This document shows, piece after piece, positions 50,301-58,908 of a DNA stretch of 64,000 nucleotides (its first letter is position 1; every line of letters starts with the position of its first letter). The stretch is from a phage: sequence record PZ452582.1. One strand, written 5' to 3'. Made by a program: the position numbers and the translations under genes. The notes under the pieces were generated by a model, which had not been told where the DNA came from, ran no database searches, and was given only the letters and a program-made list of their open reading frames with translations.

Positions 50301-51235
50301 ATATTTGAATTAGTCGTTATGATACGTAAACGTGCTTTACTGTCCCCGTCAAACAATCTCCATAATTTCTCATTATCATCAAACATCAAGAAACCGTCAA
50401 TCGATGTACGGCCTTCAATGGAATGAGTTCCATCTTCTTGTACTGATGTTGTTTCATCATATGTCGTAACAATTGTATGATAAAGTGGATTTAGTTTATC
50501 CAAATCAACGAAATTAATAATATCGCCATGATTAGCAAATCTTGGAAGTTTAATATTTATCGGTGCAGCAGAAGTAAATCTACGTACGATAAAATCGTTG
50601 GATTGCGCTTGATAAGTATTCGCTGGTGTTACAACTACAGCTTCTCTACTATAATCAGCTACATACATTTGCCACAGACGATTACTAAAAATTAAAACTA
50701 GCTGTGACTTTGGATGAGTCATTAGTACTGAACGTACTTGTTCACCTCTGAAGTTTACAATACTTTGCACCGGAGCTACAATTAAAACTTGGTTAACTCC
50801 AGGTTTTCCTCCAATATCTTGGAGAACGATAGTATCACCATCAATTGGAGAAGATGGTAAAGTAAATGTAATATCATTACCAGCTGCGGTGTTAACCGAA
50901 ATAGCTTCACCGGATTTTAATTGATATGAACCAGATGAAACCGTAATCCAGTTAGCATCGGTACGTAATGCTCTCCAGCGTCCGCTATTAAAAGCTCCTG
51001 CCGGTTTTGGAATATCATTTATAGCAGCCCAAAAGCGGTTATCATAAATGATTACAAAATCTTTTAAATATCCACGAGTTGGATCATATTGTTGAACTGT
51101 GTTTTCTTGAATTAAGTAATCAACGTTAACACCGTCAGTTCCTACGGTACGATCAGCTAAAGCTACGTTGATTATTTTATCACCACCTGCGTCCAGACCA
51201 TCTTCTGCTCTGAACTTTCTTTTAATCTCGGCCAT
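47366..51235 (-). CDS. 34: gp34 long tail fibre proximal subunit
   Basis: 1289 aa, same as T4 gp34; repeated beta-rich motifs. Confidence 0.92.
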   Translation of the reverse strand: MAEIKRKFRAEDGLDAGGDKIINVALADRTVGTDGVNVDYLIQENTVQQYDPTRGYLKDFVIIYDNRFWAAINDIPKPAGAFNSGRWRALRTDANWITVSSGSYQLKSGEAISVNTAAGNDITFTLPSSPIDGDTIVLQDIGGKPGVNQVLIVAPVQSIVNFRGEQVRSVLMTHPKSQLVLIFSNRLWQMYVADYSREAVVVTPANTYQAQSNDFIVRRFTSAAPINIKLPRFANHGDIINFVDLDKLNPLYHTIVTTYDETTSVQEDGTHSIEGRTSIDGFLMFDDNEKLWRLFDGDSKARLRIITTNSNIRPNEEVMVFGANNGTTQTIELQLPTNISVGDTVKISMNYMRKGQTVKIKAAGEDKIASSVQLLQFPKRSEYPPEAEWVTVQELVFNGETNYVPVLQLAYIEDSDGKYWVVQQNVPTVERVDSLNDSTRARLGVIALATQAQANVDLENSPQKELAITPETLANRTATETRRGIARIATTAQVNQNTTFSFADDIIITPKKLNERTATETRRGVAEIATQQETNAGTDDTTIITPKKLQARQGSESLSGIVTFVSTAGATPASSRELNGTNVYNKNTNNLVVSPKALDQYKATPTQQGAVILAVESEVIAGQSQEGWANAVVTPETLHKKTSTDGRIGLIEIATQSEVNTGTDYTRAVTPKTLNDRRATESLSGIAEIATQVEFDAGVDDTRISTPLKIKTRFNSTDRTSVVALSGLVESGTLWDHYTLNILEANETQRGTLRVATQVEAAAGTLDNVLITPKKLLGTKSTESQEGVIKVATQSETVTGTSANTAVSPKNLKWIVQSEPTWAATTAIRGFVKTSSGSITFVGNDTVGSTQDLELYEKNSYAVSPYELNRVLANYLPLKAKAADTNLLDGLDSSQFIRRDIAQTVNGSLTLTQQTNLSAPLVSSSTATFGGSVSANSTLTISNTGTATRLIFEKGPQTGTNPAQTMTIRVWGNQFGGGSDTTRSTVFEVGDETSNHFYSQRNKAGNITFSINGTVMPINVNASGSLNANGVATFGSSVTANGEFISKSANAFRAINGDYGFFIRNDAANTYFMLTASGDQTGGFNGLRPLAINNASGQVTIGESLIIAKGATINSGGLTVNSRIRSQGTKTSDLYTRAPTSDTVGFWSIDINDSATYNQFPGYFKMVEKTNEVTGLPYLERGEEVKSPGTLTQFGNTLDSLYQDWITYPTTPEARTTRWTRTWQKTKNSWSSFVQVFDGGNPPQPSDIGALPSDNATMGNLTIRDFLRIGNVRIIPDPVNKTVKFEWVE

Positions 51236-51269
51236 TCTCCCGGGCTCCTATTGTGTTTTCAATAATAAG

Positions 51270-51277
51270 TATTTATA
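51270..51277 (-). promoter_or_regulatory. T4 late promoter TATAAATA (gene 34)
   Basis: Exact TATAAATA on the minus strand about 35 nt upstream of the gp34 ATG. Confidence 0.7.
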
Positions 51278-51280
51278 CTT

Positions 51281-51310
51281 GTTTACTTTAAGATTTGGAT
51301 GGTATATAAT
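51281..51310 (+). promoter_or_regulatory. T4-type early promoter for rnh (divergent from the gene 34 late promoter)
   Basis: GTTTAC at 51281-51286, TATAAT at 51305-51310. Confidence 0.55.
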
Positions 51311-51339
51311 AGAAATCTCACTAATTGAACGAGGTTCAT

Positions 51340-52257
51340 ATGGATTTAGAAATGATGCTGGATGAAGACTACAAAGAAGGAATTTGCTTTATTGACTTTA
51401 GTCAAATTGCGCTTTCAACTGCTTTAGTAAACTTCCCAGATAAAGAAAAAATTAATTTATCAATGGTTCGTCATTTGATATTGAACTCAATTAAGTTTAA
51501 TGTCAAAAAAGCAAAAACTCTTGGATACACTAAAATTGTATTGTGTATTGATAACGCGAAATCTGGATACTGGCGTCGTGATTTCGCGTATTATTATAAG
51601 AAAAACCGTGGAAAAGCACGAGAAGAATCTACTTGGGACTGGGAAGGTTATTTTGAATCTAGCCATAAAGTTATAGATGAATTGAAAGCTTATATGCCAT
51701 ACATTGTTATGGATATTGATAAGTATGAAGCAGATGACCACATTGCTGTTCTTGTTAAAAAGTTCTCTTTAGAAGGACACAAGATTTTAATCATTTCATC
51801 GGATGGTGACTTTACACAGCTTCATAAATATCCAAATGTTAAGCAATGGTCCCCGATGCATAAGAAATGGGTTAAAATTAAAAGCGGTTCTGCTGAAATT
51901 GACTGTATGACTAAAATCCTTAAAGGCGACAAAAAGGATAACGTTGCTTCAGTTAAAGTACGATCTGACTTTTGGTTTACCAGAGTTGAAGGTGAACGAA
52001 CTCCTTCAATGAAAACTTCAATCGTTGAAGCTATTGCTAATGACCGTGAGCAAGCTAAGGTGCTTCTCACAGAATCTGAATATAATCGTTATAAAGAAAA
52101 TTTAGTTCTAATTGATTTTGATTATATTCCTGATAATATTGCTTCAAACATTGTGAATTACTATAATTCATATAAATTACCACCGCGTGGCAAAATTTAT
52201 TCATATTTTGTAAAAGCGGGTCTTTCTAAATTAACTAATAGCATTAATGAATTTTGA
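51340..52257 (+). CDS. rnh: RNase H (FEN-1-like 5'-3' exonuclease)
   Basis: 305 aa from ATG 51340, same as T4 RNase H; sequence recognised. Confidence 0.9.
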   Translation: MDLEMMLDEDYKEGICFIDFSQIALSTALVNFPDKEKINLSMVRHLILNSIKFNVKKAKTLGYTKIVLCIDNAKSGYWRRDFAYYYKKNRGKAREESTWDWEGYFESSHKVIDELKAYMPYIVMDIDKYEADDHIAVLVKKFSLEGHKILIISSDGDFTQLHKYPNVKQWSPMHKKWVKIKSGSAEIDCMTKILKGDKKDNVASVKVRSDFWFTRVEGERTPSMKTSIVEAIANDREQAKVLLTESEYNRYKENLVLIDFDYIPDNIASNIVNYYNSYKLPPRGKIYSYFVKAGLSKLTNSINEF

Positions 52258-52265
52258 GGTGAATA

Positions 52266-52535
52266 ATGGCTAAAAAAGAAATGGTTGAATTTGATGAAGC
52301 TATCCATGGCGAAGACTTGGCTAAATTTATTAAAGAAGCATCTGATCATAAACTGAAAATTTCCGGTTATAATGAACTGATTAAAGATATTCGAATTCGT
52401 GCCAAAGATGAACTTGGCGTTGATGGTAAGATGTTTAATCGTCTATTAGCTTTGTATCATAAAGATAACCGTGATGTGTTTGAAGCTGAAACTGAAGAGG
52501 TAGTTGAACTTTATGACACAGTTTTCTCTAAATGA
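52266..52535 (+). CDS. dsbA: DsbA dsDNA-binding late transcription enhancer
   Basis: 89 aa, same as T4 DsbA; position. Confidence 0.8.
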   Translation: MAKKEMVEFDEAIHGEDLAKFIKEASDHKLKISGYNELIKDIRIRAKDELGVDGKMFNRLLALYHKDNRDVFEAETEEVVELYDTVFSK

Positions 52536-52851
52536 TATTCGTCCGGTCGATGAGACCGGTCTTTCAGAAAAAGAACTTTCAATCAAGAAAGAAAAGGATG
52601 AAATAGCAAAGCTTCTTGATCGTCAAGAAAATGGATTTATTATTGAAAAAATGGTAGAAGAGTTTGGAATGAGTTATCTTGAAGCTACGACAGCATTCTT
52701 AGAAGAAAACTCTATTCCTGAAACTCAATTTGCTAAATTTATTCCTTCGGGTATAATTGAAAAAATTCAGTCAGAAGCTATTGACGAAAATCTTTTACGT
52801 CCTTCTGTTGTTCGTTGTGAAAAAACTAATACATTAGATTTTCTACTATGA
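52513..52851 (+). CDS. 33: gp33 late-transcription co-activator
   Basis: 112 aa from ATG 52513; sequence recognised. Confidence 0.88.
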   Translation: MTQFSLNDIRPVDETGLSEKELSIKKEKDEIAKLLDRQENGFIIEKMVEEFGMSYLEATTAFLEENSIPETQFAKFIPSGIIEKIQSEAIDENLLRPSVVRCEKTNTLDFLL

Positions 52852-53501
52852 TTAAACTCCGCATGCCTGCTGGTGGTGAAAGATACATTGATGGTAAATC
52901 AGTTTATAAATTATACTTAATGATAAAACAACATATGAATGGAAAGTATGATGTTATTAAGTATAATTGGTGCATGCGGGTGTCTGATGCCGCTTATCAA
53001 AAGCGAAGGGATAAGTATTTTTTCCAGAAGTTATCAGAAAAATATAAATTAAAGGAACTTGCTTTAATCTTTATAAGCAATTTGGTTGCTAACCAAGATG
53101 CTTGGATTGGTGACATCTCTGACGCTGATGCACTTGTGTTTTATCGTGAATATATCGGACGTTTAAAGCAAATTAAATTTAAGTTTGAAGAAGATATTCG
53201 CAACATTTATTATTTTAGTAAAAAAGTTGAAGTTTCTGCTTTTAAAGAAATCTTTGAGTATAATCCAAAAGTTCAATCAAGTTATATTTTTAAACTACTT
53301 CAATCGAATATAATTTCGTTTGAGACGTTTATCTTGCTTGATTCGTTTTTAAATATAATTGATAAACATGATGAACAAACTGATAATTTAGTTTGGAACA
53401 ATTATTCTATAAAGTTAAAAGCTTATAGAAAAATTTTAAATATCGATTCACAGGAAGCTAAAAAAGTTTTTATTGAAACTGTGAAATCTTGTAAGTATTA
53501 A
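52848..53501 (+). CDS. 59: gp59 helicase loader
   Basis: 217 aa, same as T4 gp59; ATGA coupling to gene 33. Confidence 0.9.
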   Translation: MIKLRMPAGGERYIDGKSVYKLYLMIKQHMNGKYDVIKYNWCMRVSDAAYQKRRDKYFFQKLSEKYKLKELALIFISNLVANQDAWIGDISDADALVFYREYIGRLKQIKFKFEEDIRNIYYFSKKVEVSAFKEIFEYNPKVQSSYIFKLLQSNIISFETFILLDSFLNIIDKHDEQTDNLVWNNYSIKLKAYRKILNIDSQEAKKVFIETVKSCKY

Positions 53502-53526
53502 TTGCTTATTATAAATAAATTATAAT
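53501..53526 (+). promoter_or_regulatory. Gene 32 promoter region: Mot-box-like TTGCTTA, late TATAAATA (53510-53517), TATAAT (53521-53526)
   Basis: All three elements read directly; gene 32 is known to use multiple promoter classes. Confidence 0.55.
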
Positions 53527-53534
53527 TATCTCAC

Positions 53535-53566
53535 TGACCAGCTATGAGGTCATACATCGTCATAGC
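53535..53566 (+). promoter_or_regulatory. Gene 32 mRNA leader pseudoknot (autoregulatory translational operator)
   Basis: Stem 1 TGACC/GGTCA interleaved with stem 2 GCTATGA/TCATAGC, followed by an A/T-rich unstructured tract up to the RBS. Confidence 0.75.
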
Positions 53567-53600
53567 ACCAACTGTTAATTAAATTAAAAAGGAAATAAAA

Positions 53601-54509
53601 ATGTTTAAACGTAAATCTACTGCTGAACTCGCTGCACAAATGGCTAAACTGGCTGGAAATAAAGGTGGTTTTTCTTCTGAAGATAAAGGCGAGTGGAAAC
53701 TGAAACTCGACAATGCGGGTAACGGTCAAGCAGTAATTCGTTTTCTTCCGTCTAAAAATGATGAACAAGCACCATTCGCAATTCTTGTAAATCACGGTTT
53801 CAAGAAAAATGGTAAATGGTATATTGAAAACTGTTCATCTACCCACGGTGATTACGATTCTTGCCCAGTATGTCAGTACATCAGTAAAAATGATTTATAC
53901 AACACTGACAATAAAGAGTACGGTCTTGTTAAACGTAAAACTTCTTACTGGGCTAACATTCTTGTTGTAAAAGACCCAGCTGCTCCAGAAAACGAAGGTA
54001 AAGTATTTAAATATCGTTTCGGTAAGAAAATCTGGGATAAAATCAATGCAATGATTGCAGTTGATGTTGAAATGGGTGAAACTCCAGTTGATGTAACTTG
54101 TCCGTGGGAAGGTGCTAACTTTGTACTGAAAGTTAAACAGGTTTCTGGATTTAGTAACTACGACGAATCTAAATTCCTGAATCAATCTGCGATTCCAAAC
54201 ATTGACGATGAATCTTTCCAGAAAGAACTGTTCGAACAAATGGTTGACCTTTCTGAAATGACTTCTAAAGATAAATTCAAATCGTTTGAAGAACTGAGCA
54301 CTAAATTCGGTCAAGTCATGGGAACTGCTGTGATGGGCGGTGCCGCTGCAACTGCTGCTAAGAAAGCTGATAAAGTTGCTGATGATTTGGATGCATTCAA
54401 TGTTGATGACTTCAATACAAAAACTGAAGATGATTTTATGAGCTCAAGCTCTGGCAGTTCATCTAGTGCTGATGACACGGACCTAGATGACCTTTTGAAT
54501 GACCTTTAA
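53601..54509 (+). CDS. 32: gp32 single-stranded DNA-binding protein
   Basis: 302 aa; sequence recognised; acidic Ser/Asp-rich C-terminal tail. Confidence 0.95.
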   Translation: MFKRKSTAELAAQMAKLAGNKGGFSSEDKGEWKLKLDNAGNGQAVIRFLPSKNDEQAPFAILVNHGFKKNGKWYIENCSSTHGDYDSCPVCQYISKNDLYNTDNKEYGLVKRKTSYWANILVVKDPAAPENEGKVFKYRFGKKIWDKINAMIAVDVEMGETPVDVTCPWEGANFVLKVKQVSGFSNYDESKFLNQSAIPNIDDESFQKELFEQMVDLSEMTSKDKFKSFEELSTKFGQVMGTAVMGGAAATAAKKADKVADDLDAFNVDDFNTKTEDDFMSSSSGSSSSADDTDLDDLLNDL

Positions 54510-54531
54510 TAGATTATATTACTAATTAATT

Positions 54532-54557
54532 GGGGACCTCTAGGGTCCCCTTTTTTA
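54532..54557 (+). terminator. Rho-independent terminator (GGGGACC...GGTCCCC, T6)
   Basis: 7-bp GC stem followed by TTTTTT after gene 32. Confidence 0.75.
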
Positions 54558-54581
54558 TTTCAAAAATTTTTTCACAAAACG

Positions 54582-54612
54582 GTTTACATCCTTGTTCTTC
54601 CGTGGTACTATA
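54582..54612 (+). promoter_or_regulatory. T4-type early promoter
   Basis: GTTTAC at 54582-54587, TACTAT at 54607-54612. Confidence 0.55.
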
Positions 54613-54654
54613 CAACTATCGGCAATACTGCTGATGATTAAAGAGGAAAATAAT

Positions 54655-54882
54655 ATGGCTAAAGTTGATATTGACATCGTTGATTTTGAATATATTGAAG
54701 AAATTATTCGTAATCGTTATCCTGAACTTAGTATCACAAGCGTGCAAGATTCTAAGTTTTGGAGTATTCAAATCGTTATTGAAGGTCCTCTTGAAGACCT
54801 CACCCGCTTTATGGCTAATGAATATTGCGATGGCATGGATTCTGAAGACGCAGAATTTTACATGGGACTGATTGAACAATAA
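54655..54882 (+). CDS. Hypothetical acidic protein (frd.x region)
   Basis: 75 aa from ATG 54655 after GAGGAAAA RBS; track start 54592 lies within the promoter. Confidence 0.45.
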   Translation: MAKVDIDIVDFEYIEEIIRNRYPELSITSVQDSKFWSIQIVIEGPLEDLTRFMANEYCDGMDSEDAEFYMGLIEQ

Positions 54883-54928
54883 TTATCAAGGGGCTATTTG
54901 ATAGCCCCGTTAAAATGAGGAAATCAAA

Positions 54929-55315
54929 GTGGAAGTTGGAAAAACTTATATCATTAACCCTTTATTTAAAAATGACTTTGCTAACGAGTGCCGTTGCAAT
55001 GTAATGATGCTAAATTTAATAGAGAAGCACGGACCTAGTTTTGTTGTAGATGAAATGGAAAGTGATGATTGTGCTGGTGAATGTGTGGTACGTGTAACTA
55101 TGGAAGATGGTACTGAATACATGGCGGGTGGCCCACTTGAGACGTATTTTGAGATTTACCCTGAAGAATTCAAATACTTTACTGAGGTAACTTTAGAAAA
55201 GCCTCAATCCGCTAATGAAGGTATAGTTTCTGGCGTAACAAAAATTCACTGCATTGTTGACGAAAACAATGTAGATGAAATCATTGAACTTTTGCGAAAA
55301 ACTTTTAAGGCCTAA
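54929..55315 (+). CDS. Hypothetical protein
   Basis: 128-aa ORF, GTG start 7 nt after GAGGA. Confidence 0.45.
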   Translation: MEVGKTYIINPLFKNDFANECRCNVMMLNLIEKHGPSFVVDEMESDDCAGECVVRVTMEDGTEYMAGGPLETYFEIYPEEFKYFTEVTLEKPQSANEGIVSGVTKIHCIVDENNVDEIIELLRKTFKA

Positions 55316-55316
55316 T

Positions 55317-55577
55317 ATGACTAAAGATGATTTCCTGGATGCGGTAGAAAAAGCTAGTGAGAAATTTGAAGTGATGGGTGTACGGGTCCATAAAGACAGA
55401 AATTACGGACTCGATATTCAAACGTATTCGTTATGGCTTGTGGGTGAACACAGTCTTGTAACCAGTTTAGTTATGGGTGTCGATACCTATCCTCTATTGG
55501 TTAAGTTCAGAAGTATGGAAAAGGCTACTAAAGAAATGATTAAGCTTGGTAAGTGGCTCGATAAAATTCAAAAATAA
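55317..55577 (+). CDS. Hypothetical protein
   Basis: 86 aa from ATG 55317. Confidence 0.45.
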   Translation: MTKDDFLDAVEKASEKFEVMGVRVHKDRNYGLDIQTYSLWLVGEHSLVTSLVMGVDTYPLLVKFRSMEKATKEMIKLGKWLDKIQK

Positions 55578-55579
55578 TT

Positions 55580-55609
55580 GTTTACAACAGGGTAGTAGTG
55601 TGATACTAT
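55580..55609 (+). promoter_or_regulatory. T4-type early promoter
   Basis: GTTTAC at 55580-55585, TACTAT at 55604-55609. Confidence 0.5.
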
Positions 55610-55635
55610 TACCCTATCAACTTGAGGAGAATAAA

Positions 55636-55878
55636 ATGAGATTACAACGCCAGAGCATCAAAGATTCAGAAGTTAGAGGTAAATGGTATTTTAATATCAT
55701 CGGTAAAGATTCTGAACTCATTGAAAAAGCTGAACATCTTTTACGTGATATGGGATGGGAAGATGAATGCGATGGATGTCCTCTTTATGAAGACGGAGAA
55801 AGCGCAGGATTCTGGATTTACCATTCTGACGTTGATCAGTTTAAAGCTGATTGGAAAATTGTGAAAAAGTCTATTTGA
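55636..55878 (+). CDS. Hypothetical protein
   Basis: 80 aa from ATG 55636 after GAGGAGAA RBS. Confidence 0.45.
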   Translation: MRLQRQSIKDSEVRGKWYFNIIGKDSELIEKAEHLLRDMGWEDECDGCPLYEDGESAGFWIYHSDVDQFKADWKIVKKSI

Positions 55879-55888
55879 GGAAAATATT

Positions 55889-56244
55889 ATGTCTGACATT
55901 CATGTAGCTGGAATTGCTCGAGTAAGTATTCGTTGCCGTCTTAAAACTGTACCCGGGACGGCTTATATTAATTTATCACACGACATAGATTCTCGTGAAA
56001 GCCAGTTAATGGGTGTAATTACGTTTTACGCTGGAGTTGGCGGAAACGAATTTACTGTAGGCGAATTTGTTGGCTGTAAATTAAAAGTTCAGAAGAACGT
56101 GTTAGAACTTTTTAGCGATCTTTATGGTGATAGTGATGAAGTTTTTGATGAAATCGCGCAAGCAGTTAACAGAGGAATGGTAACTTTAGTTAAAATGATT
56201 AAAGATAGCGGATTTGCTTCTGGCCTCTTTCAGTGGGAGGTAAT

Positions 56245-56248
<4 letters not shown>
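55889..56248 (+). CDS. Hypothetical protein
   Basis: 119-aa ORF. Confidence 0.5.
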
Positions 56249-57071
<823 letters not shown>

Positions 57072-57090
57072 AATAACGCGCGGCGGAAAT

Positions 57091-57438
57091 ATGAATTTTA
57101 ATTATTACCCTATTCTATTAGAAAAAGATGAGAAACAGCCAAAGTGGCAGGGTCCTCAGTTTATTAAAGGTGTCTATCAATTAGTAGTTCCTAAAGACAA
57201 GATTTATAGCAGTTGTTTCACTGAATCCGCTTGTAGTATTTTCGGTAATAGTTCTCCGTATTGGAATTTTGACATAAAGCTGGATAGAAATATCGATATT
57301 TGGTTGAAAGCTATGGATATTGGTAATATTACGTTTGATGAGAATAATTATCATATTATTGGTCGCTTTTCCAAACGCGGTAAAGAATTATATTTCACAC
57401 CTGAAATTGAGAGAAAATTTGATGCTAAACCGTATTGA
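57091..57438 (+). CDS. Hypothetical protein inserted between frd and td
   Basis: 115-aa ORF; in T4, frd and td are recalled as directly adjacent. Confidence 0.5.
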   Translation: MNFNYYPILLEKDEKQPKWQGPQFIKGVYQLVVPKDKIYSSCFTESACSIFGNSSPYWNFDIKLDRNIDIWLKAMDIGNITFDENNYHIIGRFSKRGKELYFTPEIERKFDAKPY

Positions 57439-57483
57439 TTATTTAGCTTCATAAAATGTATTATAATTTATATAAGGTACTAA

Positions 57484-58344
57484 ATGAAACAATACCAAGA
57501 TTTAATTAAAGACATTTTTGAAAATGGCTATGAAACCGATGACCGAACGGGCACAGGAACAATTGCTTTGTTCGGTACTAAATTGCGTTGGGATTTAACC
57601 AAAGGTTTTCCTGCAGTAACAACTAAAAAGCTCGCCTGGAACGCATGCATTGCTGAGCTAATATGGTTTTTATCAGGAAGCACAAATGTCAATGATTTGC
57701 GATTAATTCAACATGATTCATTAATTCAAGGCAAAACAGTCTGGGATGAAAATTACGAAAATCAAGCAAAAGATTTAGGATACCATAGCGGTGAACTTGG
57801 TCCAATTTATGGAAAACAGTGGCGTGATTTTGGCGGTGTAGACCAAATTATAGAAGTTATTGATCGTATTAAAAAACTGCCAAATGATAGGCGTCAAATT
57901 GTTTCTGCATGGAATCCAGCTGAACTTAAATATATGGCATTACCGCCTTGTCATATGTTCTATCAATTTAATGTTCGTAATGGATACCTTGACCTTCAGT
58001 GGTATCAACGATCAGTAGATGTTTTCCTCGGTCTTCCATTTAATATTGCATCATATGCTACGTTAGTTCATATTGTAGCTAAGATGTGTAATCTTATTCC
58101 GGGAGATTTGATATTTTCTGGCGGTAATACTCATATCTATATGAATCACGTAGAACAATGTAAAGAAATTTTGCGTCGTGAACCTATGGATTTATGCGAA
58201 TTACAATTAAAATTTCCAGATGAATTTGATGAATGGGACACAGAATCGCAGGTATTTTGGTTGAGTCAATTCGCAAAGCCGCATAATTTTATTCTTAACA
58301 ACTATGAATCACACCCTCCTATTAAAGGAAAGATGGCGGTGTAA
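57484..58344 (+). CDS. td: Thymidylate synthase (Td), intron-less
   Basis: 286 aa in one continuous ORF; sequence recognised; T4 td carries a group I intron that is absent here. Confidence 0.93.
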
Positions 58345-58352
58345 TTTTATTA

Positions 58353-58628
58353 TTGCGAGGATATATGATTTTACGATTTAAAGATACTTCTGGTGTTGTT
58401 CTTTTTACACTTCCTAACCCAAGCGAGTTAGAAGTTCCAGGACCAGAACAGCCTATTACCATTTATGGTAAAAAATACTATACTCATAAAATGACTCGTG
58501 AGTATTTTGATAATAAAATTTCCACAGTTAAAACTTCTTCCGATTGTTACTATGATATTACTGTATTAACGGAAAAACAATATGACGAATTATTCCAGCG
58601 TGGGCCGTCTATGCCGGGTAGTGAATAA
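58353..58628 (+). CDS. Hypothetical protein (nrdA.x region)
   Basis: 91-aa ORF. Confidence 0.45.
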
Positions 58629-58908
58629 ATACAAATCCGACTTTGATGTTAATATTCACCGTGGTACATTTTGGGGAAATTACGTCGGTAAAGATGCTGG
58701 CAGCCGGGAGGCTGCCATTGAATTATTCAAAAAAGATTTTATACGTCGAATTAAATCCGGAGAAATAACTAAAGCACATTTAGAGCCTTTACGTGGAATG
58801 AGGCTAGGATGCACATGTAAACCAAAGCCGTGTCATGGTGATATAATAGCTCATATAGTTAACCGATTGTTTAAAGACGATTTTCAAGTTGAGGACTTAT
58901 GCAATTAA
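58582..58908 (+). CDS. DUF4326-like protein (conserved CxC...PCHGD motif)
   Basis: 108-aa ORF with GTFWGN and [15 protein letters not shown] motifs; start uncertain because it overlaps the previous ORF. Confidence 0.45.

Noticed and set aside
43014-51365. Short ORFs on the + strand inside tail-fibre genes 34-37 (for example 43014-43268, 44342-44557, 45794-46003, 49577-49819)
   Set aside because: Antisense to long, well-supported fibre genes; Ser/Cys/Leu-rich translations typical of out-of-frame readthrough
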